Shown here: positions 46,637 to 54,408 of the stretch, in pieces | Position numbering within the stretch: position 1 is the first letter of the stretch | Layout of the letters: each line of letters opens with the position of its first letter | NCBI GenBank assembly: GCA_963723725.1 | Contig: CAVRSA010000009.1 | Span: forward strand, 635,004 to 699,003 | DNA: 64,000 nt | Direction: 5' to 3' | Source: Candidatus Acidiferrales bacterium | GTDB taxonomy: Bacteria > Acidobacteriota > Terriglobia > Acidiferrales > UBA7541 | Program-made: the position numbers and the translations under genes | Notes under the pieces: model-generated | What the model was told of the DNA's origin: nothing | What the model saw: the letters and a program-made list of their open reading frames with translations, nothing else | The model's database searches: none

Positions 46637-47926
46637 TCAGCGGAGATAGCCCCAATTGTGCAATTTATCGGAATCCTCGACCCAGCGATCCCCGATGTCT
46701 GTGCGGTAGTACATGTTTGGAATGAGTATGTTCTTGATGCGCGAGTAGACCTGCGCCTGGGTTTGCTTCATCGTCTGCCCGGTCCCCACGACGATCAGGA
46801 CCACGCCAGAGGTACCCGCGACGAGCCATTGGCCGTTGACTTCCTTTACATCTTCGATGTGAATGCCTTCCGTCGTGGGACGCTTGAAAACGATAGCCGC
46901 GTTTTTGGAGAAAGAGTTGAAGGTTTCCTCGTCATCAAACGGAAACGGCGGAACGACAATCCGGACGCCGATTTGGAAGCCGCTTCTCGTACGCCACTTC
47001 GGTTCTAGACCATTGGCTAGTTCCCAGAAAAAATCGCTGATGGGCGTGAGCATACCCTCCTGCTGGATGCTGATCGTCGGATAACCAAAGCGCGACGTGA
47101 ACTCCAGGGGGTAGATACCGTTGTTGTTGACGATGCAATTGACGTCGATGTAGCCGACATAACCTTCCTCGGCGAGCTTCGATTCCATTTTGAGCAAGGT
47201 GCGGTTGAATAACGCGTTGGGCTCGCTCCAGAACATGGCGGTTCCCATTTCGCCGGTCGGGGGTCCGACCTCGCCGGGAAAAAGCTTCTTGTGTTCGAAG
47301 TTGATGTTGATGGGTGTCACGAATTTTTTGCCGTTAAAGAAGCCGCCAACGGCAACTTCGACTCCGGAGACGCGGCGTTGCAGTTGGAAGATCTTGATTT
47401 CATCCGAGAAAGCGCGCTTGTAGGCTTCGAGCATCCCGACAACATCATCGCCGTCTTCTTCTTCACCGACGAAAAGGCGACGTTTCACGTTTTGTGCTTC
47501 CCCGCTCGGCTTGATGACGTAGCGGTCGGGATTCTTCTTGACGAACTCGATGGCACGGTCGAAAGAATCGAATTCCTGATACGGAATGATCGTGACACCG
47601 GCCTTCTTGAGCTCCTCCTGGCCGAATGAACGGTCGTCTTCAAGATTGTCAGTATAGGGCGTACCGCCGATGACAGGCTTGCCGGTCGCGCGAAGGGCTT
47701 GTGCGCGAGCGCCCTGGCCCAGGGTGTCGTCGAACACAACGATGTCGGCCCAACTCTTGGCGTCCTTCTCCCAATCCTTGGATTTGGGGACGAAACCGTC
47801 AGCGATGTCCCGTTCCTTTTCGTTGTCGATGAAGTAGCGCACTTCGTGGCCTTCTTTAAGAACTTGCCACGCGATGTCGCCGATGAGGCCAGAGAGAGAC
47901 GCAAAAAGAAATTTTCGTTTTTCCAT
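46637..47926 (-). CDS. Divergent PurD-like ATP-grasp enzyme (phosphoribosylamine--glycine ligase family)
   Basis: 429 aa. The ATP-grasp core includes ...RYVIKPSGEA..., ...FEHKKLFPGEVGPPTGEMGT... (cf. the PurD GPNTGGMG motif) and ...YPLEFTSRFGYP.... The canonical N-terminal GGREHA motif is not present. Confidence 0.7.
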   Translation of the reverse strand: MEKRKFLFASLSGLIGDIAWQVLKEGHEVRYFIDNEKERDIADGFVPKSKDWEKDAKSWADIVVFDDTLGQGARAQALRATGKPVIGGTPYTDNLEDDRSFGQEELKKAGVTIIPYQEFDSFDRAIEFVKKNPDRYVIKPSGEAQNVKRRLFVGEEEDGDDVVGMLEAYKRAFSDEIKIFQLQRRVSGVEVAVGGFFNGKKFVTPININFEHKKLFPGEVGPPTGEMGTAMFWSEPNALFNRTLLKMESKLAEEGYVGYIDVNCIVNNNGIYPLEFTSRFGYPTISIQQEGMLTPISDFFWELANGLEPKWRTRSGFQIGVRIVVPPFPFDDEETFNSFSKNAAIVFKRPTTEGIHIEDVKEVNGQWLVAGTSGVVLIVVGTGQTMKQTQAQVYSRIKNILIPNMYYRTDIGDRWVEDSDKLHNWGYLR

Positions 47927-48318
47927 GAGTGAAGCCTTCCAGAGCGAAGGCGTTGATTCAATTGTAAAGACACAGAGTTGGAGAGTGTATTACAAAATAG
48001 AAACATTTGACGTGAACGGAACAGGGCGACGGGCACGCGAGGTCCGACCAAGGTACCCGGAGGGAGAGCGGAAGGTCATCCTCGTGTGTCGGTCGCACCG
48101 GCACGCTACGGAATTGCCTGAAAGTCGCAGGAAACCTACGGAGGCGACTGGAGCATCACAGGAAGCGCAGGATGTGAACCGTACGATAGGGCAAGTTCTG
48201 GGGTTGGCTGGTCTTTCGTTCAGGTTATACTTAGAAGGTGTGCACCGGTTGGGGAGACCAGCCCAAACTGGATTCCGGACGCACCGTTCGAGACAAGAAT
48301 CAAAGAGAGAGGTGAAGG

Positions 48319-49701
48319 GTGCGGCGTTTTCCGCTTCTTCTATTCTGTGCGCTTATGCTGGTTGATGCCAGTTTCTGCACAGCTCAAGTTCCGATATTTG
48401 GCAAAAAGAAACCGGTGGACAAGTCCACTGACACGGCGAACACAGCCGAGCCGGATAAGATCTTATACGACCGTGCTTCCGATGATATGAAGCACGGGAA
48501 GTACGAGGCAGCCCGCCTTGGAATGCAGACGCTGATCAACACGTACCCGGACAGCGAATATCTGGCTAAAGCAAAACTGGCGATCGCAGACTCGTATTAC
48601 AAGGAAGGCGGATCATCGAACACGACGCAGGCTATTGCCGGCTATAAGGATTTCATTGTGTTCTTCCCTTTCTTGCCGGAAGCGGCATATGCACAGATGC
48701 AGGTGGCGATGTGCAATTACAACGAAATGCCGAAGGCAGACCGTGACAATACCCACGCCAAGGCTGCCGAAGATGAATTCCAGATCTTTCTGACGAAATA
48801 TCCAAAAGATCCCCTGGCCCCCGAAGCCCAGCAACGGCTTCGTGAAGTTCAGGAAATACTGGCAGAAGCGCAATTCCGAATTGCCTATTACTACTACATT
48901 AAGGGTGACAAGAGGGCAGCGGCGGGACGATTGATTCCTCTGGTCAACCGTTACCCGTTGTATAGCAAGACCGATGAAGCGCTCTGGATGCTCGGGGATA
49001 TATTTGAGAAAAGCGAGCGTAAGGATATCGCGGGCGGATACTACGCCGCGATCGTAAAGAACTATCCGCTATCAAAATATGACGCGGACGCAAAGGCGAA
49101 GTTGGTGGCGCTCGGTGTGCCGGTACCACAGCCCGATCCGAAAGCAGTGGCATGGATGACCGCCGAACAGAATACGCCCCGCCCGAAAGAAGGCCTGCTT
49201 CACCGCGGTATTGGAATGTTTCATTCCGGGCCAGACGTCGATACGGCAGCTCATAATGGAACGCCGCAGATGGAGCCCGAGGCCGAATCCGCATCGGCAG
49301 TGGATATCCTGTCAGGCAAGAATGTAACGGGAACGGGGCCCGGGGCGGGGACAAGTATCGTCGGAACTGTTTCGCCTGGCCAGGCAGCTCCAGCAGCCGC
49401 GACGGCAGGGAGCGCGGAAGATGTGAACGGGGGGCCTGCGCCGGCTGAGACAACTGCGCCGCCCAGTACGGACGGGACGGCGGCACCTCCCGCCACCGCG
49501 GCAACAGCTGCAAGCGGAGATGCAGCGGGAGCTACTGCAGCGGGAACTACTGCAGCGCCAGCACCGGCAGCTGATGGAACGACGCCGACCGATGCCGCGA
49601 AGACGGATGGAACAACAACCGCGGCGCCAGCCACCGACAGCACCACGACGAAGGAATCCAGTAGCAAGAAGAAGGGGTTGAAGAAGCTGATCCCCTGGTA
49701 G
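48319..49701 (+). CDS. bamD: Outer membrane protein assembly factor BamD (YfiO-like TPR lipoprotein) with Ala/Thr/Pro-rich C-terminal tail
   Basis: 460 aa. The GTG start has an upstream GAGAGGTGAAGG. It has a signal peptide and the BamD-type TPR core ...YDRASDDMKHGKYEAARLGMQTLINTYPDSEYLAKAKLAIADSYYKEG.... The last ~140 aa are low complexity. Confidence 0.8.
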   Translation: MRRFPLLLFCALMLVDASFCTAQVPIFGKKKPVDKSTDTANTAEPDKILYDRASDDMKHGKYEAARLGMQTLINTYPDSEYLAKAKLAIADSYYKEGGSSNTTQAIAGYKDFIVFFPFLPEAAYAQMQVAMCNYNEMPKADRDNTHAKAAEDEFQIFLTKYPKDPLAPEAQQRLREVQEILAEAQFRIAYYYYIKGDKRAAAGRLIPLVNRYPLYSKTDEALWMLGDIFEKSERKDIAGGYYAAIVKNYPLSKYDADAKAKLVALGVPVPQPDPKAVAWMTAEQNTPRPKEGLLHRGIGMFHSGPDVDTAAHNGTPQMEPEAESASAVDILSGKNVTGTGPGAGTSIVGTVSPGQAAPAAATAGSAEDVNGGPAPAETTAPPSTDGTAAPPATAATAASGDAAGATAAGTTAAPAPAADGTTPTDAAKTDGTTTAAPATDSTTTKESSSKKKGLKKLIPW

Positions 49702-49726
49702 GTCTTTTAGTTCACCCTATACGACA

Positions 49727-49754
49727 AGGCCCGGTGCAAGCTGCCGGGCTTTTT
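49727..49754 (+). terminator. Rho-independent terminator after bamD
   Basis: The GC-rich hairpin ggcccggtgcaagctgccgggc is followed by TTTTTT (49749-49754). Confidence 0.65.
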
Positions 49755-50002
49755 TGCTATGAACGACAATCTCGGCGGGCGCGGAATACCCGAGCAGGCA
49801 ATAGCACTCGAACGAGGACGACTTTTCGACGGAAATCCGCAATATGATGGCCGTTGGTACAGGTTGTGGATTGGATACGGAAGCATGTCTACTTCCGACA
49901 CACCTCATGCTGTAACGATTGACGGGTGCACAGCTGGGTGCTCCAATACGTTTTGAAGCATCTCCCTTTCGTAATTGCGTGGGATGTTCGGAGGACGTTC
50001 CG

Positions 50003-51889
50003 GTGGCCAAGATACTGGTTGCGGACGACAACAGCAATATTCAAAAGATGGTCGGTCTGGCCCTGAAGGATCAGGGCATCGATGTTGTCGCCGTGGGTAA
50101 TGGCGAAGCGGCCGTTCGTAAAATTTCCGACCTGAAACCAGACCTTGTGCTCGCCGATGTTTTCATGCCGGTTCGAAACGGATATGAAGTCTGTAAGTAC
50201 GTGAAGGACGATCCTGCCCTGCAGCATATTCCTGTAATTTTGCTGGTAGGCGCGTTTGATCCTCTCGACGAACAGGAAGCTCAGCGAGTTGGCGCGGATG
50301 GGGTTTTGAAAAAACCTTTCGTCCCTCCCGATCCGCTGATTTCCATGGTCAAGTCTGCGCTGGCCCGTGCCGGCGTCGCGCTGGGTAATGCACCTCCGGT
50401 GGAGAAAGCGCCGGAACCTGCGAAGCGCTCTGCTGCAGATCTTTTGACTCCTGCTGCCTCGAAATTGGCGGCGCTTAGAGAAGCCACCAAACTTCAGGAA
50501 CCAGAGCCAGAACCCTTTGTTGAAAACTTTGCGACCCTACCCGAGCGGGTAAAGATTCCAGAAGGCAACGAACCGCTCGCCTTTGGGAGTTTGCTCGAGA
50601 CCGAAGAAGCAGAGGATGACGCTGCGTTCATCCCGGCCAAGCCGCCGACGGAACTTGGAAGCGGTGCTGGCGAGTGGTCGAAGGACGGCGCCGACGACGA
50701 AGAAATCGAGGAAGAGGAAGAATCCAGCGAAGTTGGCTGGAGACCTGGAGGCGATCTGGATGCGCCTTCGCTTGCCGCAATTGACACTACGGAAGTAGAA
50801 AACGGAGTTTCTGACTGGCGCGAAGCTGCCTTTCACGGAAGTTCCCCGTCGAAACCGGGCAAGTCACATGGATGGGCACCGGCAATCGATGAACCGGTCC
50901 ACGCAGAGGCGGCGAGTTCGGTTGGCGTAACGACGTTAGAAGCAGTGAAGCCGGTTGAACCCGAGATTCCAGCGTTCTCCGGTGATGCGTGGGCTGCCGC
51001 GATGTCTGCGGGTGTCGAGGAAAAAACAGCGGACCTGCAGGAAGCCCCAACAGAACAGTTGCCAGCAGTCGTTGAAGCGAGTGCGACCCAGACACCAACG
51101 GAAGAGCTCACAAAAGAGGAGCCAGTCACGCCAGCAGCATCGAGCGATAACGGATGGTATTCGGTTACGGCAAGTCCTTGGGAAGTGGAAGCCAAAAAGG
51201 CTACGCGGCTAGCTTCAACCTGGGACAGTCTCCCGGTCGCGGAACCTTCGCCGGCGACTGGTTTTTCAGAACCCGTGACGACGCGCGAGATCGATGAAGC
51301 GGCTGAGCCCGAGGCGCAGGACCAGGTTCGCGAAATTGTTAAGGAAGTGCTGTCAGAACCCGTGCACACCACAGAAGAAACTCTGCCGCCCCAAGTGCCG
51401 GTTCATGCGACAGCGGAGCAAGAGCACGCCGACGTTCCGTCGGTATACGCTGCGACGAGCGTCAACGACACGCAAGAGATTGAGACATTCCAACCCGCAG
51501 AGACCAAACACTGGGAAAGTACATGGGTAGCGGCGCCACCGGAGGTGGTGAACCAGTTCGTCGATGCTCCAAAGCAGGAATTTGCGGAGGTTAGTAACGA
51601 GGAAGAGCGAGTCGTTGTTCCAGAACCGGACTCGATGCTGCACGCGCATTCTGACGAGCCCGCGATCAGTGCAGCGGAAACCATTACCAGCGAACCTGTG
51701 CACGAACCTCGAGCGGAATCAACTCCCGAGCATGCAACAGCCGCAGAGACAGCACCAAGTACCGATGAACTGGTGGCCAGAGTATTGGCGCGGATGAATC
51801 CGGAAATGCTGCAAAAAATGACCCAGGAGTTGTTGAAGCCGGTAATTGCGGCAATCGTGCAAGACGAGATTAATTCGAAGAAGCAGTAA
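50003..51889 (+). CDS. CheY-like response regulator receiver fused to a ~500-aa acidic low-complexity tail
   Basis: ORF 49919..51889 starts at TTG. I prefer the GTG at 50003, which has GGAGG 8 nt upstream. The receiver is AKILVADDNSNIQKMV...DLVLADVFMP...VLKKPF. The remainder is E/P/A/T-rich. It ends in a predicted helix ...ELVARVLARMNPEMLQKMTQELLKPVIAAIVQDEI.... Confidence 0.8.
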   Translation: MAKILVADDNSNIQKMVGLALKDQGIDVVAVGNGEAAVRKISDLKPDLVLADVFMPVRNGYEVCKYVKDDPALQHIPVILLVGAFDPLDEQEAQRVGADGVLKKPFVPPDPLISMVKSALARAGVALGNAPPVEKAPEPAKRSAADLLTPAASKLAALREATKLQEPEPEPFVENFATLPERVKIPEGNEPLAFGSLLETEEAEDDAAFIPAKPPTELGSGAGEWSKDGADDEEIEEEEESSEVGWRPGGDLDAPSLAAIDTTEVENGVSDWREAAFHGSSPSKPGKSHGWAPAIDEPVHAEAASSVGVTTLEAVKPVEPEIPAFSGDAWAAAMSAGVEEKTADLQEAPTEQLPAVVEASATQTPTEELTKEEPVTPAASSDNGWYSVTASPWEVEAKKATRLASTWDSLPVAEPSPATGFSEPVTTREIDEAAEPEAQDQVREIVKEVLSEPVHTTEETLPPQVPVHATAEQEHADVPSVYAATSVNDTQEIETFQPAETKHWESTWVAAPPEVVNQFVDAPKQEFAEVSNEEERVVVPEPDSMLHAHSDEPAISAAETITSEPVHEPRAESTPEHATAAETAPSTDELVARVLARMNPEMLQKMTQELLKPVIAAIVQDEINSKKQ

Positions 51890-52030
51890 CAACAGATTCC
51901 CCGACAAAGCCGGATCTGCGGCAGGCCTACATCGAGATGTTTCCCTGAAGTCGAATCGGGAATCTGCCCTCTCGTCACGCAGTGACGCAAGTCGTTTCTA
52001 CGATTGGTCTGCTTCACCCTCTTCCAAGAT

Positions 52031-53950
52031 TTACCTTGAATTAGACCGCGACGCCTTTTCGCCCTTCTTGTACTCTTCAAACCGAGCCTGTAATTCTTTC
52101 ATGACCGCAGGCATGTGTTCGGGATGACGCGTGAGATCGATCAACATCCCACGCATATCGAAGGGAACTCCACCAAGATAACGATAGCCGGAAGGTAGCG
52201 GCGGTCCATTTGGAGCGCCTGCCGGCGGGATTACCTCGGGCAGATGGATGGCGTACATCCCGCCGCCGCCGAGTGGTTCGTGCGGATAATTCATGAGCCA
52301 CGCGCAGTTGTGACCGTCAAGGATCATTCCCGCAGAAACGACGACCCATTGACCGGCATCGGCTGTCGCGGGCGTTTGACAATCCCAGATCATGGCCTTC
52401 GGAACCACAAGCGCAGGGTCGCTCATGCTGTAAGGATCGATGCTGATCTGCTGGAGACGATAGCGGGCGACGAATTCGTTGACTTCGGGAAGAGACTGAT
52501 TCCAATCGAGATTCGAATCGTTAACTAGCGTATAGGCCGGACGGCCAAAACTCAGCGGGTTGAGGTAGGGCATGAAATACGGATAGGTGTCTAGCGCGGT
52601 GACAAGCGAGGAAAGAGCGAGCAACGCGGCAAGGCCGGCCGTCAGTCTTGCTGCAATCGGCGATGACAGATGGAGAAAGCGGATACGAATCGGCAAGGTG
52701 GAGAGAAGAAGAATGACTAAAACAGTCGGAATGCTGAAATGGCGAATACTGATGTCGAGACGACTGATCAGACAGAAAAAAGTGAACACCGGCAATGAAA
52801 CGCAGATGACGCGCCAGTGCATCGCTAACGCCTCAGGGACAACAGACTGCATGCAAGAACGATCCTGTTTCCGAAACCACAACAGAGAAAGCAGGAGCAA
52901 AAGTAACAGGAGTCCTAGAAAACCGAAGGAAGACTTCAACAGAAAAAGAACCGGAAAATAGAACCATACGCCGTGGGAATAGCTCGTACCGAGGATAAAT
53001 GTCGGTCGGCTGCTGCTGAGCAGGACGAGTAGCACCCCCCGCACGTAGATCCAGACGGGGAGCAGCAATCGTCGAAAAGGTTCGGTCAGGGGGCTACTGC
53101 CTAAAAGACTGAGAGCCTGGGTGGATTGGTGGACCGTAAAGATAAAATAGAACGTATATACGAAAATGGACGAGTACAGTATCCCGCGGAGTGTTGCGCG
53201 CACGCGCAAACGTCGCCAGTTCCGGAATTCAGATTTATCGGAGGGTTGCCCGCTTGCAGGCCACCAGCGAAGGCCCAGGACAAAGGCCAAGAACGCGAAG
53301 AGTAGAATCCCTGCGGTGAATTTGGACAAAAGGGCGGCAGCGAAGCACAGGGCGAATAGCAAAACATTCTTTCGATCGGGAACTCTCCAGATGTCGGCGA
53401 AATGCCACAGCGTCAGCAAGGAAAACAGTGTCACGGCAATATCGGTGTGCACCAGTGGACCAAACACAATGAACGTCGTGCTCGAGATATAGACCGTGAG
53501 GCAGAGAAGGCCCGCCCAGTCGCCGCCGAGACGAGAAGCATAGGCAAAAATGGTCCAACCAAGAATCAGGGTAAGGATGAGCATCGGGAGGCGGGCGTAG
53601 AAGAGCGTCGGTATCGGATCGTTCCACTGATTGAGAAAGAATTCACCGAAAACCCATTGCCCCAGGTAGGCGGACATGAAACTGTCGCTGGCGGTCCAGG
53701 AGATGTGGGAATAATCAGCATGCGCACCCCGCCAAACGAGCGGGAGAGCGGCGATAATCTTGGCGAGTGGAGGATGCTCCTCATTGAAGCGCAGGTCGAG
53801 TTTCTGCAGATATGTGACACCGGAAGCGATGTGAGAAACTTCGTCTATAGTAACGGACTCCCGGAGGGCAGCGCCTCCAGCCAGCATCGCCATAACAAAC
53901 AGCAGTGCGATCGCGGACAGGGAAAAGCGACGGTCGGACACGTTTTCCAT
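52031..53950 (-). CDS. GT-C fold glycosyltransferase (family 39 / ArnT-PMT-like) membrane protein
   Basis: ORF 52031..54088. I prefer the ATG at 53950 (MENVSDRRFSLSAIALLFVMAMLAGG), but the start is uncertain. The first-loop acidic motif is TIDEVSH. It has more than 10 TM plus a soluble C-terminal domain. Confidence 0.7.
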   Translation of the reverse strand: MENVSDRRFSLSAIALLFVMAMLAGGAALRESVTIDEVSHIASGVTYLQKLDLRFNEEHPPLAKIIAALPLVWRGAHADYSHISWTASDSFMSAYLGQWVFGEFFLNQWNDPIPTLFYARLPMLILTLILGWTIFAYASRLGGDWAGLLCLTVYISSTTFIVFGPLVHTDIAVTLFSLLTLWHFADIWRVPDRKNVLLFALCFAAALLSKFTAGILLFAFLAFVLGLRWWPASGQPSDKSEFRNWRRLRVRATLRGILYSSIFVYTFYFIFTVHQSTQALSLLGSSPLTEPFRRLLLPVWIYVRGVLLVLLSSSRPTFILGTSYSHGVWFYFPVLFLLKSSFGFLGLLLLLLLLSLLWFRKQDRSCMQSVVPEALAMHWRVICVSLPVFTFFCLISRLDISIRHFSIPTVLVILLLSTLPIRIRFLHLSSPIAARLTAGLAALLALSSLVTALDTYPYFMPYLNPLSFGRPAYTLVNDSNLDWNQSLPEVNEFVARYRLQQISIDPYSMSDPALVVPKAMIWDCQTPATADAGQWVVVSAGMILDGHNCAWLMNYPHEPLGGGGMYAIHLPEVIPPAGAPNGPPLPSGYRYLGGVPFDMRGMLIDLTRHPEHMPAVMKELQARFEEYKKGEKASRSNSR

Positions 53951-54192
53951 TGAATGTTTCGTCCAATACGCGAGCGTCCATGAAGCCAGGGGAAATTGTT
54001 CTGAACCCGAGTTTATCCCAGAAGACGAAGGAAGACACTTCCCTTCTGAGGCGCTTGGTTCCGGAACAATTCTGATCGCACAGGACACCCCATCGATGTG
54101 CCGGAATGCTTTGCACGAGACACGATGGGCTCAATAGGGAAAAATGCTGGGTTAGCCGATTCCCAAGTAAACTAAGGCTGTTAGACAGTTGT

Positions 54193-54222
54193 TTGACGGG
54201 GCGCGAGGACTGCCCGTATATT
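54193..54222 (+). promoter_or_regulatory. Sigma-70-like promoter candidate for valS
   Basis: TTGACG (54193-54198), an 18-nt spacer, then TATATT (54217-54222). It lies about 190 nt upstream of the valS ATG. This is pattern match only. Confidence 0.35.
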
Positions 54223-54408
54223 CAGAGATTGCCCTGAGACAATTAGAACGCGCAAGATGCGGTGAAGGGTGGACGAAGAGGGCGTGCTGCTTTACGAGGA
54301 ATCGAGCAGTCCGAGCGCTGCCTATTTAAGAGAGATTCCCTGGTAAAGCGCTGTTTCTGACCAGGGTTCAAGAGCTTCATTTTGGTATTCGAGGAGATTG
54401 GTGCCGGG

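Noticed and set aside
47927-48318. ZTP (pfl) or purine riboswitch in front of the purD-like gene (minus strand).
   Set aside because: I found no CCGCCUGGGC-type ZTP 3' element (as I recall it) and no purine-riboswitch loop-loop consensus on the minus strand. The one G-U pair in the main helix favours the opposite strand.
49251-49667. 138-aa Ala/Val-rich minus-strand ORF, and the 944..49513-type ORFs opposite the bamD tail.
   Set aside because: They mirror the low-complexity GC-rich repeat coding for the BamD A/T/P tail. This is a compositional artefact.
54223-54408. T-box riboswitch upstream of valS.
   Set aside because: The region contains ...gaagggtggacgaagag..., but not the conserved T-box core as I recall it (AAnnGGGUGGUACCGCG). 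I could not find a convincing Stem I, specifier loop or terminator with a U-tract. It is kept only as a generic leader candidate.
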